This document shows positions 46,090 to 57,300 of a stretch of DNA of 64,000 nt, one piece after another. Positions within the stretch are counted from its first letter, which is position 1, and each line of letters starts with the position of its first letter. The notes beneath the pieces are model-generated. The model was given only the letters and a program-made list of their open reading frames with translations. It was not told where the DNA came from and did no database searches. The position numbers were made by a program, and so were the translations under genes. This stretch comes from Candidatus Eiseniibacteriota bacterium (GTDB taxonomy: Bacteria; Eisenbacteria; RBG-16-71-46): assembly GCA_038231135.1 (NCBI GenBank), contig JBBRLX010000012.1, forward strand, positions 1 to 64,000, read 5' to 3'.

Positions 46090-49050
46090 ATGCGCGCATT
46101 CCCCAAGGTCGGGATGTCGGAACCTTCCTACCTCGAACGCTTCTTCGTTCACTCACTTGACGAGTTCGTCGAACTCGCCCCCGAGGTCCGCGCCCAGAGC
46201 GTGCGGTCCGTGGTGCCCGACCTAAACTTCTTCCTCGACGAGGACCGGGCGCTCGGCGACCGCGACGCGCCGCCGCGGACGCGCACACTCGCGCGCTCGC
46301 TGTTCGAGGCGCTGGCGAAGGTCGCCACCCCCGACGGCGCCCGCACGCTGCGCGAGCGGGTGATCACCAACGCGCTGCTGCGCTCCGAGGCGGATCGCGA
46401 CCAGAACGTCTACCTGGGCCGGTTGTTCACTCGCTCGCTCACGCATGCGGTGCCCGACGTGATCCTCCAGCCTATGACGAGCGCCGAGACGGCGGCCGCA
46501 CTGCGCTGGGCGCGCGAGCACAAGGTGCCGGTGACGCTGCGCGGCGCCGCCACCACCGCCATGGGGGGCGCGGTGCCGAACGACGCCGGGCTGGTGCTCG
46601 ATCTGTCCCGGCTCGACTCGGTCGAGATCGACGCGGCCGCCGGCGTGTGCGTGCTCGGCGCGGGCGCGCGGCTGCGCACCGTGCACGCGGCGCTCGCGGC
46701 GCGTGGGCTGGCGTTACGCGCCTATCCCTCGAATCTCGGCGGCACGTTCGCCGGCTGGTTCGCCACCGGCGGCATCGGGCTCAACGCGGGGCTCGCGGGC
46801 CGGGCGCTCGACAACGTGCGCGCCGCCGACGTGCTGCTGCCGGGCGGGGACCACGTGCGGTTCCACGACGACGGCCGCATCGACGTTCCCGAGGGCAACA
46901 CGCGTGTCACGGTCACGGCCGAAGACGCGGCGCGCTGGTTCCACCGGCGCGGCAGCAAGCCGATGGCGCTCGCCGATCTCGCGGGCAGCGAGGGCGCGCT
47001 GGGCGCGATCCTCCACCTGACGGTCCGGATCGAGGCGCGGCCCGAGATCGCCCCGTTCCTGCTCGCGTTCGAGCGCGAGCAGGACGCCGTGGACGCCGCC
47101 GAATGGGTGGCGCGGCTCGAGTTGCCGGCCCGCCCGGCGAACGTGAAGTTCCTGTCGGGGACGCACGTCCATCATACGCTGCGGGTGTGGGACGACGAGG
47201 CGGCGCGGGTGTGGAAGCGGCATCCGGGCACCGGCTCGAACGATGCGGCGCTGCCGTGGACCCGCATCGTCGGGCCCGCCGAGATCGGCGCCGTGTGCAC
47301 GCCGATGACGGCGCATCCCGGCGCGTGCCTGTTCGTCGACTTCTTCGACCTGCGCGCGGCCCGGGAATTCGCGGCGCGCATCGCGGCATGTCCCGGCGCT
47401 CCGACGCTGCTCGAGGACAGCGTGCGGTTCGCGGCCGAGCGGTTCCGGCCGCAGCAGACCAAGCGCTTCGGTCCCGGCCTGCTGGCGGCGGAGATCTTCC
47501 TGCCGGCGCCCGAGGTGAAACGGTTCCTGCCGCGCGCGGCCGCGCTCGCGCGGCGCGCGGGATCGGCGCTCGATGCCGAGGTGTATTTCCTCGCCGACGG
47601 CTCGGCGCTGGTGATCGCGGGCTATCTCACCGATCACCGCAGCGGCGCGTTCGCGGTCGACCTGATGCTGGCGCCCGCGCTGCTCGACCTGGCGATGACC
47701 GACCACCAGGGCCGCCCGTACGTGCTCGGCCGCTGGCAGTCGGCGTGGTTCGAGAACAAGTTCGGACCCGCGGCCGCCGACCGGCTGCGCGGGTTCAAGC
47801 GGGCGCTCGACCCCGATGCGATCCTGAATCGCGGCGTGCTCCTCGAGCCGCGGCTCCACGGCGTGCTCGGCGCGATCGTGGCGGCGGCGTTCGCGCCCGG
47901 CGTCGGCATCGTGCGCCACGTGTTTCAGCTGCCGGCGCTGGCGTGGATGGCGCGCGGCGCCCGCAGCGTGCTGCGCGGCATGTCGGGGCCGGCGCATGGA
48001 CACGGCGAGCCGGCGGCGCCCGGCGCCCGGTTCCGCGTCGCCGCGCCGGAAGCCACGCGCAGTTCGAAGGCCCGGGCGGGCGAATCGCGTGCTGCCGCGG
48101 ACGAGACGCCGATCATGCTGGCGGTGCCGCCCTCGGCGGTTGCTGCGGGCGCGGGAACGGCGGGCGGCTCGAGCGGGCACGAGCCGCAGACGGCGTCCCA
48201 CGGCCACGGCGCCGACCGTGCCGCGGAGTTCGACCACCCGCCGGTACAACGCCCGGAGGATCGCGCGCTCCATTGTGTCAACTGCGGCGAGTGCAACAGC
48301 GTGTGCCCGGTGTTCCAGGACTCGAAAATCCGGCTGCCGCAGATGCTCACGCACCTCGGCGAATCGATGCGCGCGGGCGAGAAGTTGGGCGCCACGGGGG
48401 GCACGCTGCTCGACCTGTGCATGCGCTGCGGCAACTGCGAGCAGGTCTGCCAGGCCGGGATTCCGCACCTGCCGCTCTACGACGAGATGCAGCGGTCCGC
48501 CGATCGCGTCCATCCCCACGACGACGAGCGCCACACCGTGATCGTCGCCGCGGTCCGGTCCTCGCCGCACTACCTGCGCGAGTTCCTCGGCGTGCGCCCG
48601 GGCGGCTATCAGAAGCGCGCGCCGGTCGCGCTGCCGGGCCTGACGCGGTTCGTGGTGCTGCGATCCGAGAACGACGCAGGCCCGGCGGCCACGTGCATCC
48701 ATTGTGGCGCGTGCGTGCCGGTGTGCCCGACGCACGCCAACCGCGAGTTCCAGGGTGCGGACGCGCGGTGGATCACGACCGTGCAGAACCGCTGCATCGG
48801 CTGCGGCGCCTGCGTGGAAGTGTGCCCCAACAATCATCAGAATGGCGGCCAGACCCTGCGGGTGATGGAGGCGCCGACCCCCGACTGGTTCGCCGCGATC
48901 GCCGGGTTCCGTGGCGGGCGCGAGGGTGCGGGCGATATCCCCGGGTCCGGGTCGCCGCCGCGCGCCAGCGCTACATCGATGACACGAACGCCGGAAGCGG
49001 ATTCGCCGCTCCCGGTGGCAACGCAGGTTCACCGGGCTTCGCGCGGGTAA
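46090..49050 (+). CDS. FAD-linked (VAO/GlcD-type) oxidoreductase fused to four [4Fe-4S] motifs; alternative start 46114
   Basis: P.VILQP, RGAAT...GGAVP, GSEG.LG.I, K.ALDP..ILN.G; CVNCGECNSVCP, CMRCGNCEQVC, CIHCGACVPVCP, CIGCGACVEVCP. Confidence 0.85.
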   Translation: MRAFPKVGMSEPSYLERFFVHSLDEFVELAPEVRAQSVRSVVPDLNFFLDEDRALGDRDAPPRTRTLARSLFEALAKVATPDGARTLRERVITNALLRSEADRDQNVYLGRLFTRSLTHAVPDVILQPMTSAETAAALRWAREHKVPVTLRGAATTAMGGAVPNDAGLVLDLSRLDSVEIDAAAGVCVLGAGARLRTVHAALAARGLALRAYPSNLGGTFAGWFATGGIGLNAGLAGRALDNVRAADVLLPGGDHVRFHDDGRIDVPEGNTRVTVTAEDAARWFHRRGSKPMALADLAGSEGALGAILHLTVRIEARPEIAPFLLAFEREQDAVDAAEWVARLELPARPANVKFLSGTHVHHTLRVWDDEAARVWKRHPGTGSNDAALPWTRIVGPAEIGAVCTPMTAHPGACLFVDFFDLRAAREFAARIAACPGAPTLLEDSVRFAAERFRPQQTKRFGPGLLAAEIFLPAPEVKRFLPRAAALARRAGSALDAEVYFLADGSALVIAGYLTDHRSGAFAVDLMLAPALLDLAMTDHQGRPYVLGRWQSAWFENKFGPAAADRLRGFKRALDPDAILNRGVLLEPRLHGVLGAIVAAAFAPGVGIVRHVFQLPALAWMARGARSVLRGMSGPAHGHGEPAAPGARFRVAAPEATRSSKARAGESRAAADETPIMLAVPPSAVAAGAGTAGGSSGHEPQTASHGHGADRAAEFDHPPVQRPEDRALHCVNCGECNSVCPVFQDSKIRLPQMLTHLGESMRAGEKLGATGGTLLDLCMRCGNCEQVCQAGIPHLPLYDEMQRSADRVHPHDDERHTVIVAAVRSSPHYLREFLGVRPGGYQKRAPVALPGLTRFVVLRSENDAGPAATCIHCGACVPVCPTHANREFQGADARWITTVQNRCIGCGACVEVCPNNHQNGGQTLRVMEAPTPDWFAAIAGFRGGREGAGDIPGSGSPPRASATSMTRTPEADSPLPVATQVHRASRG

Positions 49051-49124
49051 CCGCTCGCGCCGAGGCTCACGTTCCGGAATGCCGCGGGGCTTTCGAGCTC
49101 CGCGGGGTTCGATTGGAGACCGCA

Positions 49125-51326
49125 ATGACTTCCACGTCGCATCGCATGCACCGCCTGTCCACGAACCAGCGCCAGCCGCGCGTGTTCGATCCGCCGCGCC
49201 AGCCAGATGGCCACCGTTCGCCCGTCAGCGCCTACTTCGGCCGCCACGTGCTGGACCTGATCAAGCTCAAGGAGCGGCTGCCGCGCGAGGTGTACCAGCA
49301 ACTGCTCACCACGCTGCGCAACGCCACGCCGCTCACCGCCGACGCCGCCGAGACGATCGCGTCGGTGGCGCGCGAATGGGCGACGTCGCACGGCGCCACC
49401 CATTTCACGCACTGGTTCCAGCCGATGACGGGGCTCACGGCCGAGAAGCACGACAGCTTCATCGACCTCAACGTCACGATGTCGGGAGAGTTCAAGGTGC
49501 TCGAGCGGTTCTCGGGCGCGCAGCTAACGCAGAGCGAGCCCGACGCCAGCTCGTTCCCGTCGGGCGGCATGCGTAGCACGTTCGAGGCGCGCGGCTACAC
49601 GGCGTGGGACCCCAGCTCGCCGATGTTCCTCGTCGAGAGCGTGAACGGGCGCACGCTGTGCGTGCCGTCGGTGTTCGTGAGCTATCACGGCGAGAGCCTC
49701 GATCACAAGACGCCGCTGCTGCGGGCGCTCGACGCGCTGAGCCGCACCGCGGTGCCGTTCCTCAAGCTGCTCGGCGACGTCGACGTGCGGTCCGTCAACG
49801 CGACGCTGGGCTGCGAGCAGGAGTATTTCCTGATCGACCGCGACCAGTACACCACGCGCCCGGACCTCGTGCTGTGCGACCGCACGCTGGTTGGCGCGGC
49901 GTCGGCGCGCGGCCAGCAGTTCGAGGACCATTACTTCGGGTCGATCCCGCCGCGCGTGCTCGCCTACATGGAGGAGCTGGAGTTCGAGCTGCACCGCCTC
50001 GGCATTCCGGTGAAGACGCGCCACAACGAGGTGGCGCCGATGCAGTTCGAGATGGCGCCGATCTTCGAGGACGCGAATCTAGCGAACGACCACAACGCGC
50101 TGTCGATGGACATCGCGCGCAAGGTCGCGCTGCGCCACGACTTCGTGTGCGTGTTCCACGAGAAGCCGTTCTGGGGCTTGAACGGCAGCGGCAAGCACTG
50201 CAACTGGAGCCTCGTGACCGATCGCGGCGAGAACCTGCTCGATCCGGGCCGGACGCCGCACCAGAACCTGAGGTTCCTGGCGTTCGTAGCGGTGTGCATC
50301 AAGGCCGTGCACGACCACGCGGACGCGATCCGGTTCTCGGTGTCGGGGCCGAACAACGACCTGCGGCTCGGCGCCAACGAGGCGCCGCCCGCGATCATGA
50401 GCGTGTTCGTCGGCGACCTGCTCACGAAGATCATCGAGCGCATCATGTCGGGCGCCGCGTCCGGCGACCCCGAGCACTTCGTAATGGAGGTTGGCGTGGC
50501 GCGGCTGCCGCAGCTCGCGCGCGACAACACCGACCGCAACCGCACCTCGCCGTTCGCGTTCACCGGCAACAAGTTCGAGTTCCGCGCCGTCGGCAGCAGT
50601 GCCAACTGCGCGGGCCCGATGACGATGCTGATCGCCGCGGTCGCGGACGCGATCGCCACCATGACGCCACGGCTCGAGTCCAAGATCAAGGCCGGCACCG
50701 CGCGCGACCAGGCCGTGCTCGACCTGCTGCGCGAGGTATTCAAGGAGACGTCGGCGGTGCGGTTCGAAGGCAATGGCTACAGCGCCGAATGGAAGGACGA
50801 GGCGGCCCGCCGCGGGCTGCCGAACCTGACCGACACGCCGGCGTCGATCGCAGCGCTGGCCGATGACCCCAAACGCACCGCATTCCTGCGCGAGCAGGCG
50901 ATCTTCACCGAGCGCGAGCTGGCGAGCCGGTTCAGCGTGGCGCTCGAGCGCTACATCAAGACGGTGATGCTCGAGGCGGAGACGCTGATCGAGATCCTCG
51001 GCACGTTCGTGATTCCATCGGCCGAGAAGCAGCTCGCGGTGTCGGCGAATGCGCTGCGGGACGCCCCAGGCGGCGTGACCGGGCTCGACAAGCGGCTGCG
51101 GGCGATCGCGCTCGCGCTCGCCGACGGCCTCGCGGGCGTCGATCGGCTGCAGGAGTTGATCGCGGGAGATGGCGGCCACGACGAGGCGGCATTCGCGCGC
51201 AAGCTGGCCTCCGAGGTGCGGCCGGCGATGGAGGCGGCGCGCGCGGCGTGCGACCGGCTCGAGCGGCTTGTCGATCACGACCTGTGGACGATGCCCAAGT
51301 ACCGGGAGATGCTGTTCGTCCGCTGA
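49125..51326 (+). CDS. glnA: Glutamine synthetase type III (733 aa)
   Basis: GATHFTHWFQP..G.TAEKHDSF, EPDASSFPSGG.R.TFEARGYTAWD, EQEYF, HEKPF..NGSGKH.NWS, RLGANEAPP, DRNRTSPFAFTGNKFEFR; GGAG RBS. Confidence 0.96.
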   Translation: MTSTSHRMHRLSTNQRQPRVFDPPRQPDGHRSPVSAYFGRHVLDLIKLKERLPREVYQQLLTTLRNATPLTADAAETIASVAREWATSHGATHFTHWFQPMTGLTAEKHDSFIDLNVTMSGEFKVLERFSGAQLTQSEPDASSFPSGGMRSTFEARGYTAWDPSSPMFLVESVNGRTLCVPSVFVSYHGESLDHKTPLLRALDALSRTAVPFLKLLGDVDVRSVNATLGCEQEYFLIDRDQYTTRPDLVLCDRTLVGAASARGQQFEDHYFGSIPPRVLAYMEELEFELHRLGIPVKTRHNEVAPMQFEMAPIFEDANLANDHNALSMDIARKVALRHDFVCVFHEKPFWGLNGSGKHCNWSLVTDRGENLLDPGRTPHQNLRFLAFVAVCIKAVHDHADAIRFSVSGPNNDLRLGANEAPPAIMSVFVGDLLTKIIERIMSGAASGDPEHFVMEVGVARLPQLARDNTDRNRTSPFAFTGNKFEFRAVGSSANCAGPMTMLIAAVADAIATMTPRLESKIKAGTARDQAVLDLLREVFKETSAVRFEGNGYSAEWKDEAARRGLPNLTDTPASIAALADDPKRTAFLREQAIFTERELASRFSVALERYIKTVMLEAETLIEILGTFVIPSAEKQLAVSANALRDAPGGVTGLDKRLRAIALALADGLAGVDRLQELIAGDGGHDEAAFARKLASEVRPAMEAARAACDRLERLVDHDLWTMPKYREMLFVR

Positions 51327-51337
51327 CGAGGGCCGCG

Positions 51338-54300
51338 ATGACCACCGAATCGCATCACCCGCCGGACGGCCTGCTGTTGGCCTTTGACCGAACCCAGCGC
51401 GGAGCCGCGGAGCTCATGCCGCAGCTCGCGCTGTGGGAGGACCTGCTCGCGCTGGTGGTCGATCCCGACAGCCCGCGCGTGGCGGATCGCGCCCGCAAGC
51501 GGGAGTTGCTGTCGTTCCTGCTCGAGCGCGGCGGCATCGACGAGGCGGCGTTCTGGAACCTGGGACGCGGCCGCCGCGGCCGCATGTTCCTCGCGCGCTG
51601 GTCGCGGGTGTCGCGCGAGATCCCGCAACTCGAGCTGACGTCGTTCGATCTCGACAAGGTGCTGAAGGAACGGCACCGCCACGAGCCGCTCACGGTGGGA
51701 GCGGCGTGGCACCACGGCTTCTGGCGTTCGTATTTCTCGCACGCCGCGATCACGCATCCCGCGAACGACGGGCTGCGCGAGGAGTTCTCGACGGCGTGGG
51801 ACATCGGCCGCCGCCATCCGGCGGTGATGTTCCGCACCGGAGCGGGCATCGAATTCCAGCCGCTGCGCTCGATCCGGCTCGCGTTGCCGATGATCGTCGG
51901 GCCGTTCCGCCACACGGACGGCATCACGCTCGAGCGCGCCTGGCTCGAAGCCGTGGCGGGCCCGCAGCCGGCGGACGGGCCTTCGGGCGGGTCGCTGGTG
52001 GTCGTCGACGGCATGAGGTTCATGGAGAACGTTGCGGAACTGCTGCCGCACGCCCGGCATCTGGTCGTGCGCGTTCGCCACGCGCAGCTCGCGGCGATCG
52101 ATGCGGCGTGGCCGTCGTCGGCTGCGCTGCGCGACCTGCTGGCGGTGGCGCGCATGATCGAAGTGGTGTGGAGTCCGGGCATCGCCACCGATGTCGCCGC
52201 GCTGCGCGAACGCCATCCGGAGCTGCTGGTGTCCGTATTCATGAAGTACGAGGCGGGCGGGCGGATCGAGGCGGGCCAGGGAACGACGCAGGACTTCTGG
52301 CGCGCGCTCGAGGACACGGTGCGCCTCGAATCCGTGGCGATGATCCACTACCACGCGGGGCCCGAGAAGTCCTACCGGCTGACGCCTCGCATCGACGCGT
52401 ATCTCAAGGCGCGATTCCTGCGCGCGCGCGTGCAACTCGTGTCCGCGGGCGGTGACACCGACACGCAGGCGTCGGCGGCGACGGTGTACGAATCGGTGCT
52501 GCTGGGCGCCAACGGCGGCGCGATGACCGACGTGGCGGCGATCGCGCTCCTGCCGGGGCTGATCGAGGTGTATCACGGTGCCGATCCAGCGCCGGTGCTC
52601 GAGGAGCTGAAGTCGCTCCCGAAGCGGGAGCTGCGCGAGCTGGCGGCGAATTCGCTCGACTGCTGGCAGCACAGCATCCTCGATTTCCTGTCGTGCATGG
52701 GCATCGACGACATCCAGAAGACCTCGGGCAACACCATGGCGATCACCATGACCGAGGACTGGATCCGCGAGGTGGACGCGCTCGCCACGCCGGCGTTCGG
52801 CGCCGTCAATCGCGAGCTGAACGCCGCGCGCATCGCCGCCGAGCCGGTGCCGGCGGACGTGCGTGAGCGCTACCGCGTGTCGTCGCTGCTGACGGAGCGC
52901 GTGGCGGAGCTGCCGCTGGTGGCGGCGGCGAAGATCCTCGCCCACGACAACGCGAACTTCCATCTCGAGAACACCAACCGGAACCTGAGCGCCGACTTCC
53001 TCGAGGTGATTTACCGCATGGCGGCGGGCGAGCTGCCGACCGCGGACGAGTTCCTGATCGACAGCGACATGGGCGAGCTGTCGCTCGACTCGGTGGGCGT
53101 GCAAGTGTCGCGCGAGTCGATCGCCTGGTCGCTGGCCCGGCTGGCGCGCGATCCGGCGCTGCTGGACTACGTGTCGCTCGCGGTGCCGCGCGGCTTCATG
53201 CGGCCGGGCGCAGTGGCGGCAGGCGCCCGGGTCGAGATCCGCGCGGCGTCGGACGGCCCGGCGCTGGTGGCGTTCACCGCCGATGCCCGCGGCGGATTCG
53301 AGCACCCGCTCGCCGCCGGGCATCCGCTGGATGCCGCGCTCGCGGGCGATTCACCGCTGTGGCTGGTCGTGCGCGACGCCGCGGGCGCGGAGCGGCGCAC
53401 CGAGCTGCAGGCGCTGGCGCATGGCGGGCACGGCCTCGGCGTGGCGCGGGCCTCGCGCGACGGCGCGGTCACGCTGCGGCGTGATCCGCGCGGCGGCGTG
53501 GTGATCGCCGGATTCGGGTTCCGCGAGCCGATCTGGCACGGGCCCGTCGCCCACGCCAGCATCTCGCTGGGGGCCGCGTCGGAGGACTTCCTCACCGCGC
53601 GCATCGAGGGCAACGCCGGGCTGGCGATGACGTCGTCCGGCGAAGGCGGCCCGATCCGCTTCGCCGGCGGCGAGATGGCGTGGGAGAGCATGCAGGCCGC
53701 GAGCGGGCACTTTGGCATCCACGCCGCCGACCTCCGGCGCGTGCGCGACGTCGAGATCAAGATCAACCAGGGCGCCAAGCCCGGCAAGGGCGGCCGGCTG
53801 TCGGGCGCCAAGGTCACGTCGACCGTGAGCCGGGCGCGCAACATCCCGATCGGCACCGACGCGCTGTCGCCCGATCCCAAGCACGACATCTATTCGATCG
53901 AGGACATGCCGGCCGAGGTGTGGCTGTGGCTGCTGTACCACAACCATTGCGGCATCAAGATCACCGGCTCCAACTACACGCGGTTCGTGGCCGCGGGCAT
54001 GTGGTCGAACTTCGTCGTCGACTATCTGCTCGTCGACGCCGGCCTCGGCGGCTCGGGCAACTACCACGCCGACAGCTCGCACGTCGGCTGGCCCGACATC
54101 TTCCGCACGATCCTGCACACCCACCACGCGCTGGTGTCCGAAAAGGTCGACCTCGACCGCTCGGGCCGGCTCCAGTCGCTGCGCGACTCGAACGGCGCGC
54201 CGTTCGGCGCCACGGGCGGCACGCGGCTGCTGGCGTCGGGCGGCCTGCGCGGCGAACTCGACATGATCAAGGTGCTGATCGCCGGCGCCGACGCGCTCGT

Positions 54301-57300
54301 CGAGGCCAGCATCGGCAAGGCGGTGGCGTTCGGCTGCAACCAGTGCGGTAACTGCCATCTCGACTGCCCGCGGGGCGGCATCACCACCAAGCCCGAGCTG
54401 ACGGTGCAGAACGACCGCGTGCTGATGCGCCAGCGGTTCCGCAACTGGACCGTGCTCAATATGGTGAAGCTGGCGGTGCTGATCGACGCGATGAACCGCG
54501 AGAGCGGCGCGCTCGACGAGGCCGGCCAGGTGGCGGTGGCGTCCATGCTGCTGAGCGACATCCGCCAGCTCCGCGGCCGCACGGATCTGCTCGCGATGCC
54601 GGTGCGCCCGCGCCCGGCGGACGGCTCGGTGCACGGGACTGTCGCCACGCCGTCCGCGATGACCGCGCGCGCCGCCGATGCCTCGGGGGCGCCCGCGATC
54701 GTCACGAGCGGGGCGGGCGCGGGGACCCGGCTCGAGCCCGAACGCGATTCGTGCCGCGTCGGCTCGCTCGCGGTGTCGGAGCCGGTCACGGTGCACGCGA
54801 TCTGGGAGTCGGCGCGGCTGTCGTACAACGGCGGCAACAATCGCGGCGGCGGCATCGATTTCGCCGGGTTCGCGCCGGCCGCGGTGCGCGAGAAGACCTG
54901 CGTGATCGTGAACACGATCGGCCCCGACCGCGCCGACACGATGCGCGAGATGCTGGATCACTTCGCCGGCTGCCGGTTCTTCGACGCCGCGGGCGCGAAG
55001 CTGACGCTCGACCAGGTGCGGTCGCGGCTGCCGGAGTTCCGCGTGCCGGTGCGCGGGCAGTGCGCGGCCGAGGACGGCTGGCGGCTCGCCGACCTGCGCG
55101 AGAATCCCGGCGACTTCACCGTGCTGTTCGTGGACCTGCGCGATGACGTGCTCGACCGCTACGGCCGCATGCTGCTCGCGAGCGAGCACTGGCTGCAGCG
55201 CCTCACGAAGTACGGCGAATTCGCCGCCGAGCCGGCGCCCGATCAGCTCGAGGACTTCACCGCCGACGTGCGCGAGGAGTACTTCACGGCGCTCGCCCAT
55301 CTGCTGGATTCCCGCTACTACCGCACGCACGCGCCCGCCGGCAGCACGCCGCCCGCCGGCAAGTACGCGGCGAAGCGCCGCGGCTTCGTGGTGTCGATGG
55401 GCGAGGACCTGGGCGCGATCAAGATCTCGGGCTGGACGCACACGATCCCCGAGTACTTCGACTTCGACCGGTTCTGGGCGGGTTACCCCGGCGCCGCGCC
55501 GGACGGCGTGGACATGCGCATCAAGGGCCGTCCGCTAAGGACCACCGCGCTGCACGCCCACGTGTGGGGCATGCACCATCGCTACCCCACGAACTCGCCG
55601 GCGATCGATGCCGAGGGCCGCGGCAACCCGGCGGGCGCGCATCCATTCAAGGCGTACAACGTGCTGCTGATGCACAACGGCGAGCAGGTGGCGGTGGATT
55701 CGACCGCGCCGTTCCTGATGGAGTACGGCTACGTGCACGCCGATCCGACGATGGGCCCGGGCCACGCCGACTATCACGGCGACTCGGTGTACGAACGCAA
55801 GGCGCTGACCGACACCGAATACGCGGCGTATCTCGTCGACTTCACGCGCCGCGTGCTGGGACTGACCACCGAGGAGGCGAGCCAGATCATCTCGCCGATC
55901 ACGGGCTTCGATCTCGCGAACATGGATCCGGTACGCCGTACCAAATTCGAGCTGCTGATGCGCAACTACGTGCAGCTCACGCCGACCGGTCCCTACAAGT
56001 TCACGATCGTGGAATCGCGCCGGCATCACGCGCCGTCCGCGAATGGCGGCGCCCGCTCGGCGCGGGTGGTGGGATTCCGCGAGAACATGGACATCAAGTT
56101 CCTGCGCCCGCACGAGATCGTGGTCAGCACCGACACCGGCAAGGGCGGCGTGCACGTGGTGGCGAACGGCAGCGAGGCCAAGATCGCCGACAGCATGCTG
56201 CGGGCGCTGCACGTGCAGGGCGTGCTGCCGGACGCCGCGCACGACCTGCGCTTCAACATGCGCCCCGGCGGCACGCCGGAGCGGCGCGACTACGGCGGCG
56301 TGTTCGAGGCGTTCACCGTTCCCGGCAGCGGCCGGCTCGACCTGAGCAACCGGTTCGGCGAGCCCGTCGAGGTGGCGCGGCGCGGCGCCAAGGTCGATTT
56401 CGCGGTGCCGCTCGACCAGGCGGTGGCGCGCGCGAACGGGCCGTGGAAGCAGCAGATCGACGCGCGCCTGCGGCAGCTCGCCGCGGCCGTCGACCCGCTC
56501 GCGGACGCGGCCGGCCGCCGACGGCGGTTCGGGCCCGACGACGACCTGCCGGCGCCGGCGTCGGAGTTGCTCGAGAGCCTGCTCGATCACACGCGCTCGG
56601 TGACGTTCGAGGACTATCGTTGTTTGGTGGAGCACGCGCTGCCCGAATGGGCGCGCGGCGGCGCGACGCCCGAGCCGGTGAAGGACGTGCGCACCGCCGT
56701 GGCGCTGCGCATCCTCACCGAGCTGCGCAAGCGCGTGAGCCTCGGCGACCTCGGCGGGAAGTCGCTGTCGAGCATGGAATATCTCACCGACGGCGGTCGC
56801 TCCGCCGACGGCAGCCCGGAGGGCGGCGTGTACCGGCTGCTCGATCGCGTCACGCCGCTGCACGCGGCGCTCGCGCCGCCGGCGCCGTCCGGACGCTGGG
56901 GCCGGCTCACGCTCGGCACCCGCGACGACCTGCTGCCGCCCACCGATCCCGAACGCGACGTGCTGGTGATCGACTTCCGCGGCTTCGAGAGCGAATCGTT
57001 CCGCATGGACTCGGCGTCGCGCACCGTGAGCGAGGCCGTGCGCATGGGCTGGCGGCAGTTCGTGGGCTACGACTTCATCGGCGGGCCGCGCTACATCGGC
57101 ACCAATCTACCGGCCGCGGACGGGCTTGCGGCGGTGGGCGTGACGCTCGAGCTCTACGGCCGCGAGTTCGGCGACTTCATTGGCGCGCTGCTCGAGGGCG
57201 CGCGCGTGTTCGTGTACGGCCAGGGCGAGAGCCACGTCGGCATGAAGGCCGATTCGGGCTACCTGTTCGTGCTGCAGGACATGCTCAACACCGGCATGTA

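Noticed and set aside
45845..46113. Sigma-54 promoter or glnA riboswitch upstream of the nitrogen cluster
   Set aside because: I could not find a convincing -24/-12 TGGCAC-N5-TTGC element or a glnA-motif structure by eye.
46647..49124. 1559-aa ORF suggesting a huge N-terminal extension on GSIII
   Set aside because: The upstream part is an Arg-rich off-frame shadow of the FAD-oxidoreductase. GSIII has its own RBS and ATG at 49125.
46714..55441. Long antisense ORFs opposite the nitrogen cluster (e.g. 46714-49125, 51275-53323, 53351-55441)
   Set aside because: Expected from strong GC3 codon bias on the coding strand; no recognisable motifs.
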